The notes under the pieces: model-generated
Databases searched by the model: none
Seen by the model: the letters and a program-made list of their open reading frames with translations, nothing else
Told to the model about the DNA's origin: nothing
NCBI GenBank assembly: GCA_950097015.1
Contig: CATNEN010000034.1
Coordinates: forward strand, 6,634,001 to 6,698,000
DNA: 64,000 nucleotides
Reading direction: 5' to 3'
Source: Macrostomum hystrix
Lineage: Eukaryota; Animalia; Platyhelminthes
Position numbers and translations under genes: made by a program
Part shown: piece after piece, positions 28,701 through 39,262 of the stretch
How the letters are laid out: each line of letters opens with the position of its first letter
How positions within the stretch are numbered: position 1 is the first letter of the stretch

Positions 28701-31317
28701 CGGCGCTCGGAGCTTCGTCTGTCGAGAATGCGAAGCTGAACCGCAGCGTGTCGAATAGCAGAGTCGGGTTTGCGATGATCTGCGCACTGTGGGGGTGGGG
28801 GGTCGGCGGATGGTTGCTAAGAAGAACGATCTAACGAAGAAATCTGATCTAATTTCTTGGAATTTCAGATTTCTCAGAATTTAGATTATTTGGAATTTCT
28901 GATTTCTCAGAATTTTAGATTATTTGGAATTTCAGATTATTTGGAATTTCAGATTATTTGGAATTTCAGATTATTTGGAATTTCAGATTTCTCAGAATTT
29001 CAGATTTCTCAGAATTTCAGATTTCTCAGAATTTCAGATTTCTCAGAATTTCAGATTTCTCAGAATTTCAGATCTCAGAATTTCAGATTTTTCCGAGCTC
29101 TATTTTTTTCTTCTTAATAACAGTATTTTTCGGACTTTTTTATTTTTTTATCGGATTTATTTCCTAATTTTGTTTAGTTTTTGTTTGTCCGAGTATTAAT
29201 TCTTTTCTGATTTGATATTTCTCGTAACTTTAGATTTCACTTTCCGTTCCGAATAGCAGGCTAATTTGCTTCTTTATCTTAATTCCTTATAACAAAAATT
29301 TCTGATTCCAATAAACTTTGTTTTGTTTTGTGATGCTCCCTGATAGTTCCCTGAGAATTCCTGATATTCTGAATTCTTCGGTGTTTTCCTAGAAAATAGA
29401 GCATTTAAAAATGTCTGCCCAGTTTTATGTGCTGCTCTCGGACTCGATACTCTACTATAAGTAGCACGACAGGAAAATTATTGTATAAAGTCGTCGGGGA
29501 ATTAAAAACTCCTGCTTTCCTACTTGCCTCAACTCGTCTACAAAGGCCGCATCGGCCGCCGTATTTCGCGTGGCCATCAGGCGCAGGTGGGCCACCGACC
29601 TGTCTGTGGACAGCAGCAATCCGTCCACCTGCACACCAGCCAGCCCGGGTTGACCGTCCTCGATGCGCCAGTCCACCAGCTGAAGGTAGCGCAGCGGCGG
29701 CATCGGCCCGTTGGTGCCCGGTTGGAGACGCTTAGCCGCCTGGCTTCTGATACGCGAGTCCACCATCACCAGGCGAATGGACAGGCCCGGCCTGGCAATG
29801 GGGCATTGCGAAACACTGGTAACAGTTCGCTGTGTTTCAGCGGTGAATGTAGCTCTGAAGGTCGAGAGTTCGAATCTCCCACGGGAAAAAGAATTGTGAC
29901 ACCGACCAATTACCTGATGCTTCAGTTCTAGTCCTAACAGCAGCTGGGATAGAAATTTCAGTCCATGGACTGAATAGCTGTACACAGCCTTTAGAAGCGC
30001 CGCACAATAGCAGCGGCTGTGCCATTGGCTGTGCATTCGGCCCAAATTTTATATTCTTCTTTACTATACTCTACTGAATAGTCGGTAGCAACTAACAAGC
30101 TTGCGAAAAGCAAGAAATAGTACTGAGGCTTAAGCAAAACATTATAGACTCGATTTAAAATATTTTCCTACGCGTTCGTTCCAGAATATTCTTGACTAGA
30201 TTTAAAGTTTTTTGTTCTGATTCAATAATTTGCTATTATTTCTACTGTCAGTAGGTTGTCTCAGACATTTCCTACCAGCCGCTGGCGTTTCGAAATGCTC
30301 GCACTCCGCCGTCGCCAGCCTCCAGGCTGAGTAGCGGCTCCAGCCAGAACTCCGCCGGCTGGCGAGTCATCACAACCGCTGGAACGCCGTCGATGTAGAA
30401 GTCTCGGTGCAACCGCAGCGGCGCGGCTGTGGATCTGCCGCAGGCTGAATCTTTGGTGGAGTTGCTGACCGCATTGCTGGCAGGGGAATGCGGAGCGGCA
30501 CTCCATCTGGCAAAGTGGGCCACATCAATCTGGCTGACTCCGGGCACCACAACCGGCTTGGTCAGGTTGCTAAGGGTAACGCAGCCATCGGGCGATACGG
30601 CGTCCAGTCGAAAGAGGAAGCGTTCGAAGATTTCTAACTTTGCCTTCAACCAGCTCAGATCTGTTCGGGAAGGGAATTTCAGGGTTGCAGTTAAATACTA
30701 ATATTACTAAGTGCGTGTCCATTGCTAAACACAAGACCACACCAGCCACTCCCATTCCCCTCAACCCAGAACCTGAGCAGTGAGCAGGCCCTGTGGTTGG
30801 CGCAGTTCAGTCGCAGGTAGCCCAGCCGGCCTTCGGAGCTGATTCGCAGGCTCTCCAGTCGCCAGTCGCCGTCGGCCAGTCGGTCGTCCACCGGTGTTAG
30901 GCTGACGCTCGTCGGGTGCATGAAGGCTACGGACAAGGGCGCCGCGTGTAGCAGCTTCTCGCGAGCCCGGTGCAACAGGTCGTCATCGCGCAGACTCACT
31001 GGGAAGCTCAGATAGTGTTCACCGGTCAGCCGGTCTAGCCGGACGCACGACTCGTTGATGGTCGCCAGCGGGCCGCCGTCAGCAGCCCGGGCCGGCAGGG
31101 CCAGCAGCGGCTCCAGCAGGAAGTGGCCCCGCTGGTCGGAGCGCTGGTGCACAAACACGGGAATGCCGGCCAGCTCAAGGGTGGTCCAGTGACGCAGCTG
31201 GCCGCCCCGGTCATTCGCCCCGGCTGTCAAGCAGCTGCTGACATTGCCGACTGCGGCAGCTCCGACAGTCAGGATGCAGAGCCGGATTAGCCAGAGAGAG
31301 ATTGTCCTTAGTGGCAT
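22346..31317 (-). CDS. Secreted ~1,435-aa protein: signal peptide, six tandem ~200-aa unnamed modules and a C-terminal C-type lectin-like domain; three +1 frameshifts in this copy
   Basis: Exons 31317-30773, 30660-30276, 29791-29528, 28786-28148, 27723-27119, 26713-26135, 25079-24471, 24104-24080, 23551-23314 and 22767-22346. The first seven introns are phase 2, then 0 and 1. N-terminus MPLRTISLWLIRLCILTVGAAAVG. Each module has an invariant EP (FLLEPLL, FWLEPLL, YLIEPLF, HFVEPAF, YYIEPMF, LLIEPLL); five of six have LR...C-x5-C..L. Single extra bases near 30659, 27346 and 27276 must be removed to keep frame. Confidence 0.75.
22795..23296. repeat. 20-bp minisatellite (GCTAGACAGTAGGAATGTCA)n, intronic
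   Basis: Period of 20 read directly. Confidence 0.95.
23580..23980. repeat. 21-bp minisatellite (TACAGAATCCGCTCTCTCCCA)n, intronic
   Basis: Period of 21 read directly. Confidence 0.95.
23990..24470. repeat. 20-bp minisatellite (CCACACAGCCCCAGCTCACA/G)n split in two by a ~90-bp island holding a 25-nt micro-exon
   Basis: Arrays at ~23990-24079 and ~24168-24470; unique sequence lies between them. Confidence 0.9.
25145..26143. repeat. 54-bp minisatellite whose unit contains the exon 6 splice donor
   Basis: Unit GATCCCAGCTCCGCAGTACCTGAGATCCCAATAATTAAAATCCTCAAATCCTCA; the minus strand carries GGGATCTCAG|GTACTG in every copy. Confidence 0.95.
26790..27113. repeat. 9-bp degenerate repeat (GACAAGGTA)n, intronic
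   Basis: Direct reading. Confidence 0.85.
27865..27995. repeat. 21-bp repeat (TCTGTTGCTATGGCAATCAAA)n, intronic
   Basis: Period of 21 read directly. Confidence 0.9.
28855..29090. repeat. 17-bp repeat (GAATTTCAGATTTCTCA)n, intronic
   Basis: Period of 17 read directly. Confidence 0.9.
29826..29950 (+). mobile_element. Second, diverged tRNA-derived SINE-like copy inside intron 2 of the module gene
   Basis: B-box GTTCGAATC at 29868-29876 within AGGTCGAGAGTTCGAATCTC; shares ATGCTTCAGTTC...CAGCTG with the element at 2660-2820. The A box is poor. Confidence 0.45.
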
Positions 31318-34300
31318 TGTGGGATGCTGATTGCTTCTATGGGGAGCACCAGGCGCTGCTCCAGGCGCATTTATAGCAGTTTTCCAGCTGTGGCTGGGAC
31401 CCATGCGGCATCAGCTGATCCCTCTGAGCTATTTATAGGTCAGTACAACTATTGCGCACAAATACTGTTAGCTCGCAGCTGCTGCTGCTTGTTGATGGCG
31501 AATGGCACCCTGATAGCACGCAAGATTTGACAAAGTGTCCTTTTAGTACGAAAATTTTCATAAGGCATCATAGCTATGCACCAAAAATGCACCCTCCGAC
31601 GAGATTCACTGGAAGCTTCAAATCGATACCAATTATGTTCTTATAAGTACCTCAGCATAAGCTGTTTGTTTCCTGACTTCGATTCGAGGACTTTTGCGCA
31701 CTTGAATATTTATCCGATGCATCTATAACTGACAGCATTGTTAAGGTCCAGGACCAATGTGAGGGTCGATTACCGCAGCTGATATTTCCCTTCGTTCCTA
31801 TGGCTGAAGGGCAGTCAGCATCACGTGTTTCTCTCTCTGAAAATGGCACTGCTAACAGCTTGCAGATCTGCATTGCAGTGCTGCTATTTTGGTCACCTAC
31901 GTCACTTTTGGAATGCTTATATAGCATTGTTTTCCGCTGATCTTTTATTGGGACGGCATTTTGCAACGCTCGAAGAATGATATCTGCGTTCTTTCCTACC
32001 AAAGTCAGATATGCGATTCTTGCTTGTTGCTATTAAGCTTTATAAGTACAACAGGATGTTTTAGAGGCTATTTTCCTACTACCGCATGAGGCATTAGGGA
32101 GCTGTTAATATAATTCGTATTTGAAATTCGATGGATTTCCTATTAGACGGAAATTCTTAGCTAATTGCTAGGCACGTGACAATGTAAATACATTTTGTAC
32201 TTTGTACAGTATTTCACGTGTAAATTCCAGATTGAAGTTCTTGGAAGTGGTCATGATGCGTAATCCTTCTACTTGTCGAAATTGTGCGTGAGTTTCCTCA
32301 CAATACGAAAGCGTATTCATATAAGTAAGTGCCCGTAATTTAGAAAACCACTAATTATAAAATAGATTTTAGGCTCGCTTTAAGAATAAACTTTCCGTGT
32401 ATTCACAAACAAAAATGTTACTGAAGCAGAGAGAACACTCTGCTTAGCTTTTGTAGCATATGTTCTCTCTGCATGAGTAGCACAACAAACAATTAATGCA
32501 TGAAATTAATCTCCTCAACGCATTTTTAAGTAAGAACCAGCTATGAACATTTTTTCTGCATTGTTGCTTCCTTTTTTAGCAGCCCTTACTGTGGGAAGAA
32601 TCAATTATATATTACCAATATACAGCGAGCAAACTTATGCAAATTTTCCGGCTTAAAAATGAACGAAAAGTGGTTATATCAACAAAAAATTACTTTATCT
32701 CTACTAGGAGCTAGATTTATTAAAGTAGAAATAACTTTGTAATGTTTTAAAATGTTTTTTATAGTTACTGTTCTGAAAAAAACTTTTTCATGAACATTTA
32801 CTTTCTATCCGAGTAAATAAAAATATTTATACTTTTTAACATTGTCTTGATTTTGCCATTTTTTAGCAAGCAAGTTATAACATTGACTTTCGCTTTTATC
32901 TTTTATCAAAAGTTCTGCAACGAATCTTACCATTGCCAAATTTGAAATTAGAATATATCACCCTATACTAAATTTGTTAGTCATATGTATTATAATACTA
33001 AAAGCTAACACTAAGCTAAAAAATCTCACATTTTCTTACACGATATTCTGAATTGAACTTCTGATTTATATCCATACGGATGATCCATCCGTACTGATTA
33101 CACATCGTTACCAGTCGCTGTACCAGCGTAGGATACATATGCTCTACGCTTGTGCTGATTAATGTGCAATAATAATTTCAACTGCTTGCTTTATTAGCAA
33201 AAATGGAAACAGTGCTGTTCTACAATATTCGCTTGTTTAAAACTATGTTAGCAAAATTGATATCTTGTCAGTTTCTTTGACAAAAATATAGCTGTATGCT
33301 AGCTGAAAAGGCTAAATAAATTAACATTATAAGCTTAGAATAGTATTTAAATAGCTATTGACAAAGTTATGAAGGTATTACTAGTATACCAATGCTTTTA
33401 ACCTTTTATAGACAAAAAATTGCATTCACCTTTTTCAGACGTAGTTAGGCCTATTGTTATTATTTTTGCTGAATTATAAATTATGAATTATGAATTATGA
33501 ATTATGAATTAAAAGCGAAAACATATAACTTTTTTTCGAACTCATGAATGCGTGCAGACCTACAGCCGAACTACTGCAAATGAATACATTTTTGTCATGT
33601 TCAATTTGTTCAGCTTTTCTTGTTGCAGCATTTAATAATTTTAATAAGCTAGTCAAAAGATATCCATGGCTACCAGCCTAGCAAAAGATCGAGCAGCTCG
33701 CAACCTCAGGAAGCAGAGCACAGCTCCACACGGCATGTCAAGCCTTCAGCAGCTGAAGCCTGCTGCAGGGGGGAAGTACAACAAGTAAGTGGCATTTTTG
33801 TATTAAAGAAACTGTTGCTTCTATATTACTTACTTATTTCTGGTCACACTAATTGCTGTGAGACAAATTTAATATTTAATTACAGTAGTCTTTAATCAGA
33901 CAAAATATAACATGAATTGTCTCAATCTATACCCATACAAAAACTGCATTTTACAGCGAGGAAAGTTTTCCGGATGAAGTTTTCGACAGTGACGAAAGGT
34001 TGCAATTAAAATATATTAGATTGTTTTGAATATAGCCATATTGTAAAACGAGATTTAAGCACCAAAATGTATATAAAACAATTTAAGTTATTTAGCTTGC
34101 CCCCCACAAAGCACTGAAGAGCATATGAATTTTTTGCACATTGTCGATAATTTTGCGATTGAATTCGCGTTATAACAAAAACAAGAATAGTTGCTCGATT
34201 TCAGTTAATAAACCCTCTGGTTTCGCTGCTGAAAGTGAGTGAATAAAAGTGCATGTACTAGTATGTTTCGATTTTTTGCTGCCTTAATATGTTCAATTAT

Positions 34301-34644
34301 TTACTGCGTCTTTTAGCTTTTCACATAATTTATTTCTGGTATGTACACAACTGTCTTAAAACCTGAAGTTATTACTATTCTATACTGTTAGAATTCTTTT
34401 AAAAGCACTTGCAATGCCGAAAACTTAATTTTACACAGACGACTCTTTAGTTTACTTGACTGCTTTTAAACTGCACATAACGAATAAATGAGTCGTACTT
34501 CTGCATCTGTGTATGTTCTAGTTCTAGTATAATATGAGCGCATACTTGATCCAAGTCTACTTTATAGAAAAACTTTTCTTAAAAGCTTATGAACCTTCTC
34601 TTTGTACGAGTATTATGCGTCGCATAAATAAGATGGTGTAATCC

Positions 34645-35850
34645 TTTCTCCCCACTTCCTGCTCCCCACTTCGTCTCTTCCAAGTTCCTCTCTCCCCACT
34701 GCCACTCTTCCCAGTTCCTCTCTCCCCAGCTCCTCTCTCCCCAGCTCCTCTCTCCCTACTTCCTCTCCCCCCACTTCCTCTCTCCCCACTTCCTCTCTCC
34801 CTACTTCCTCTCTCCCCAGCTCCTCTCTCCCCAGCTCCTCTCTCCCCACTTCCTCTCTCCCCAGCTCCTCTCTCCCCAGCTCCTCTCTCCCCACTTCCTC
34901 TCTCCCCACTTCCACTCTCCCCACTTCCTCTCTCCCCACTTCCACTCTCCCCAGCTCCTCTCTCCCTACTTCCTCTCTCCCCAGCTCCTCTCTCCCCAGC
35001 TCCTCTCTCCCCACTTCCTCTCTCCCCAGCTCCTCTCTCCCCAGCTCCTCTCTCCCCACTTCCTCTCTCCCCACTTCCACTCTCCCCACTTCCTCTCTCC
35101 CCACTTCCACTCTCCCCAGCTCCTCTCTCCCTACTTCCTCTCTCCCCAGCTCCTCTCTCCCCAGCTCCTCTCTCCCCACTTCCACTCTCCCCAGCTCCTC
35201 TCTCCCCAGCTCCTCTCTCCCCAGCTCCTCTCTCCCCACTTCCACTCTCCCCAGCTCCTCTCTCCCCACTTCCACTCTCCCCAGCTCCTCTCTCCCCACT
35301 TCCACTCTCCCCAGCTCCTCTCTCCCCACTTCCACTCTCCCCAGCTCCTCTCTCCCCCCTTCCACTCTCCCCAGCTCCTCTCTCCCCAGCTCCTCTCTCC
35401 CTACTTCCTCTCTCCCCAGCTCCTCTCTCCCCAGCTCCTCTCTCCCCACTTCCACTCTCCCCAGCTCCTCTCTCCCCACTTCCACTCTCCCCAGCTCCTC
35501 TCTCCCCAGCTCCTCTCTCCCCAATTCCACTCTCCCCAGCTCCTCTCTCCCCAGCTCCTCTCTCCCCACTTCCTCTCTCCCCAGCTCCTCTCTCCCCACT
35601 TCCACTCTTCCCAGCTCCTCTCTCCCCAGCTCCTCTCTCCCTACTTCCTCTCTCCCCACTTCCACTCTCCCCACTTCCACTCTCCCCAGCTCCTCTCTCC
35701 CCAGCTCCTCTCTCCCCACTTCCTCTCTCCCCACTTCCACTCTCCCCACTTCCTCTCTCCCCACTTCCACTCTCCCCAGCTCCTCTCTCCCTACTTCCTC
35801 TCTCCCCAGCTCCTCTCTCCCCACTTCCACTCTCCCCACTTCCTCTCTCC
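34645..35850. repeat. 15-bp minisatellite (TCCTCTCTCCCCAGC / TCCTCTCTCCCCACT)n
   Basis: Period of 15; explains the GERGA and REELG ORFs. Confidence 0.96.
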
Positions 35851-35971
35851 ACACTTTCACTTTCTCCTCCCCTGCTCAGATTCTCTCATACGTCCAAAAG
35901 TTTTTTGCCACTCAATCTCTCAAAGCAACCTACATCAAGGACATCTTCCAAATTAACAAAATTCAAACGCC

Positions 35972-36545
35972 ATGCCATCCAGCTCCTTCAGCGTGACGTC
36001 GGAGGCCGACCCGCAGCAGCAGCAGCAGTTGACGACTCAGCCGCTAGTGTACCCCAGTGTCCGGCTTGAGAACACCTACCGACTGGGCCCTACAGCCGAT
36101 GGCCAGTTTCCGCTGGCCCGGACTAGCCGGCTATTGAAGCAGCTGCTCACTGATTACCTGGCCGGAGAGAACTACGAAGAGGACTTCGCCAGGTCTATGA
36201 GCCAGAGCATCAGCCAGGTGCGAGGATTGACTTAGTTTGAGAAGAAGTGTCAAGTTAAAGTAAATTTGCTGTGACCCGTGAAAGTGGCATCACAACACGC
36301 ACACGATTCCTGTAATTTCCCGCTGCACTCTGCAGGCGATTCGAGCCCGCGTGAAGGATCTGCAGCCAGCTGGCAGTCGCTACAAAATCATCGCCTTGTG
36401 CAGCATCGGCGCCCAGGGCCCGCACGCGCTCAGCCTGGCCAGCCGCTGCCTGTGGGACGAAGCTGTTGACAGCTATGTCACCTGCCAGTTTGCCAACAGC
36501 TCGCTGTACGCTGTGGCTACAGTCTTTGCAGTCTATCAGGAGTAA
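35972..36545 (+). CDS. Tctex-1 domain dynein light chain (TCTEX1D-like), 151 aa, 2 exons
   Basis: Exons 35972-36217 (CAG|gtgcga) and 36336-36545 (tgcag|). ENTYRLGP...L...L....Y.......S..I..RVKDL....RYKII....IG.......S..SRCLWD...DSY....[17 protein letters not shown] is the Tctex-1 family signature. Confidence 0.92.
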
Positions 36546-36557
36546 CTGCTGCCTAGC

Positions 36558-37317
36558 CACACAGCCCTCACACCACACAGACCTCACACCACACAGACCT
36601 CACAACACACAGACCTCACAACACACAGACCTCACAACACACAGACCTCACAACACACAGCCCTCACACCACACAGCCCTCACAACACACAGCCCTCACA
36701 CCACACAGCCCTCACAACACACAGCCCTCACACCACACAGCCCTCACACCACACAGCCCTCACACCACACAGACCTCACACCACACAGACCTCACACCAC
36801 ACAGCCCTCACACCACACAGCCCTCACACCACACAGCCCTCACACCACACAGCCCTCACACCACACAGCCCTCACAACACACAGCCCTCACACCACACAG
36901 CCCTCACAACACACAGCCCTCACACCACACAGCCCTCACAACACACAGCCCTCACACCACACAGACCTCACACCACACAGCCCTCACACCACACAGCCCT
37001 CACACCACACAGCCCTCACACCACACAGCCCTCACACCACACAGCCCTCACACCACACAGACCTCACACCACACAGACCTCACAACACACAGCCCTCACA
37101 CCACACAGCCCTCACAACACACAGCCCTCACACCACACAGCCCTCACACCACACAGACCTCACACCACACAGCCCTCACACCACACAGCCCTCACACCAC
37201 ACAGACCTCACACCACACAGCCCTCACACCACACAGACCTCACACCACACAGCCCTCACACCACACAGCCCTCACAACACACAGACCTCACACCACACAG
37301 CCCTCACACCACACAGC
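36558..37317. repeat. 16-bp minisatellite (CCACACAGCCCTCACA)n directly after the Tctex stop codon
   Basis: Period of 16 read directly. Confidence 0.96.
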
Positions 37318-38053
37318 AAACAGCGAACTTACAGATTTTTCACGAACTGCTAATCAACGACTTTCTATTTCAGAGTAGTCAACTACTGAATTCACATGTA
37401 CTTTAATTTCTAACAACGCTTTCACTTTTAGCTGTTAACATGATTTGTTACAAAATAAATTGCAGCGCTGCAGTCAAATCTATTCAATCACGATTTTCTG
37501 TGTCAGATTTTACTATGCAATATCGGCCGCCTTTTCCAAGAAACTCTGTGCAATCTAAACGACCTGATTTGATTGAGAATGAGAACAGTCTTGATTTTGA
37601 GCTCCATCAGAGTCCTTCTTTAGAACAGGAAAGATATTACTTCGTTTTTTCTTCTGTGAACCTCTTAGTTTATACCTCTTAGTTTTTTAATGATTGTTAC
37701 AAGTAAGTAAAAAGATACAACTTTGTTTCGTTTCCTTTCATCAAAAGTTGAAAACATGTCACGCGTTTGATCTTACGGTTTTTTGTATTTACTTTCTTTC
37801 AATTACTATTAAGCCAAGGGTGATGAAAATACAGATTATAACGAATTCTGAGTGACTTTCTCAAAAAAGGGCAGTAGTACCAGAAAATATTCTGCTTAAA
37901 TAAATCTGTTGAAAATGGGCCTTATAGTGGATCGATTGCGATAACCCAAAATACTACTAATAAGTAGAGAGCACAGAACGGCAGTATTGGCTAACCCAGG
38001 GAAAGCTGTGTTAAAAAGTCAGTACTGGCATCGAGTCGGAGAGTCCTGGAAGC

Positions 38054-39262
38054 TCAATTTTCCTGTGCGGTAGCTGGCTCAGCTGACGATGGGGCCGCCG
38101 CGTCGCTGAGAGGCTCGCCCGCGCCCTGTTCCTTAACCTGCTGGCACTGCGCCTTGTCCGGCTGCTCCGCCAACTTCCTTGGACCATCGTCATCCTTGTC
38201 GAAGCCGCTATCGCGAGCGTCCTCCTTCGGCTTCGTGTTCTCCTTGGAGGCTTCTTCGCAGTCGCTGCCAGTCTGGCTGCTGCCACCGGCGGCGGGCTTA
38301 TCCTCGGCGCCGCCGCGCTTGCCCTCCGTTGAGCGCTTGTGACGCCGGCGGCTTTGACGCCCACGGCGCTTCTTCGAAGAGGCACCGCTGCCACCGCAGC
38401 CGCCACCGCCGGCAGTCTTGTGCTCCTCGAGGTGGCCCTTCATTGCACGAACGCTGGTCTCAATGAGCTCTTTGAATGCGTCCAGATCTTCGGCTGGCAC
38501 GTGCAGAATGCTGCGATAGTCGCGAGTCACTTGTGACACCTTTAGGTAGTGAGCCTCGTCGTCGCGAAGCATGTCCAGGTAGAACTTCGAGCCGTCGACG
38601 CATTGTAGAGTCTTCGTGTGGTAGAGAGGCGACTCGGCTGAGGCCACGATCACTTCATTCAGTGCCTCCTTCAGCTTCATCAGGTGGCTGGTCTCCAGCG
38701 GGATGGACACCGAGGCCAGCTCCTTCCGGTCCAGTGGATCGCGAGCTCTAGCTTCGGCCACGATCTTGATAGCGTACAGGCGCGACTCCGGCTGCACCTC
38801 CGGACCACTCTGGCAGGCCACCAGCGTCCTGAACACGGTGTCATCGTGGCTCAGACTTTGGTTAGTCGGCAGGTTGCCAGACGTAGATGGGCGCCACTTG
38901 GATAGCTTGTGCAGCTGCTGGATGAATTGCACAACCAGCGGCTCCGGAATGCTCACGGTGTTGGTCTTGTTCTCATAGGAGCCTTCACACTGCGAGAACA
39001 CCAGGCTAGGCATGTTGCCCTTGCCAACGATGACACTAATCAGCAGGACTCGATTCTCGTTCAATTGGATGGTGACCTTTTTGAAGCGGCGGTTCAGAAC
39101 TCGCGATGACAGCTTGGCCGGCCGGCTGCGCTGAAACTCGGCCTCGAGCGGATGCGGATAGGCGTAGTAGTGCATCTGCAGCTGCTGCTCGTGCTGCGGA
39201 TACACCAGGCCATAGTAGTTGCCATGGGCTCGGCGCTGAGGCTGGTAGTAACGATAAGACAT
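38054..39262 (-). CDS. Divergent intronless PUR-domain (Pur-alpha-like) nucleic-acid-binding protein, ~402 aa
   Basis: ATG at 39262 (MSYRYY; upstream in-frame ATG at 39379). The last repeat is clearly PUR-like: TKTLQCVDGSKFYLDML...HYLKVSQVTRDYRSILHVPAEDLDAFKELIE. An N-terminal PUR-like repeat reads LSSRVL..RFKKVTIQLNEN...SIPEPLVVQFIQQL. A basic cluster KKRRGRQSRRRHKR precedes a charged tail. Confidence 0.75.
   Translation of the reverse strand: MSYRYYQPQRRAHGNYYGLVYPQHEQQLQMHYYAYPHPLEAEFQRSRPAKLSSRVLNRRFKKVTIQLNENRVLLISVIVGKGNMPSLVFSQCEGSYENKTNTVSIPEPLVVQFIQQLHKLSKWRPSTSGNLPTNQSLSHDDTVFRTLVACQSGPEVQPESRLYAIKIVAEARARDPLDRKELASVSIPLETSHLMKLKEALNEVIVASAESPLYHTKTLQCVDGSKFYLDMLRDDEAHYLKVSQVTRDYRSILHVPAEDLDAFKELIETSVRAMKGHLEEHKTAGGGGCGGSGASSKKRRGRQSRRRHKRSTEGKRGGAEDKPAAGGSSQTGSDCEEASKENTKPKEDARDSGFDKDDDGPRKLAEQPDKAQCQQVKEQGAGEPLSDAAAPSSAEPATAQEN

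Noticed and set aside
29792-30045. N-terminal half of ORF 29455..30045
   Set aside because: Intronic and SINE-like; the acceptor at 29792/29791 gives the correct module alignment.
31652-32002. 116-aa minus-strand ORF
   Set aside because: No recognisable motif, splice context or codon bias.
34587-35860. Collagen-like GER/GES ORF (421 aa) and the REELG ORF
   Set aside because: 15-bp satellite; no Pro, signal peptide or flanking collagen domains.
36466-37353. 295-aa His/Thr/Pro-rich ORF
   Set aside because: 16-bp satellite downstream of the Tctex1 stop.
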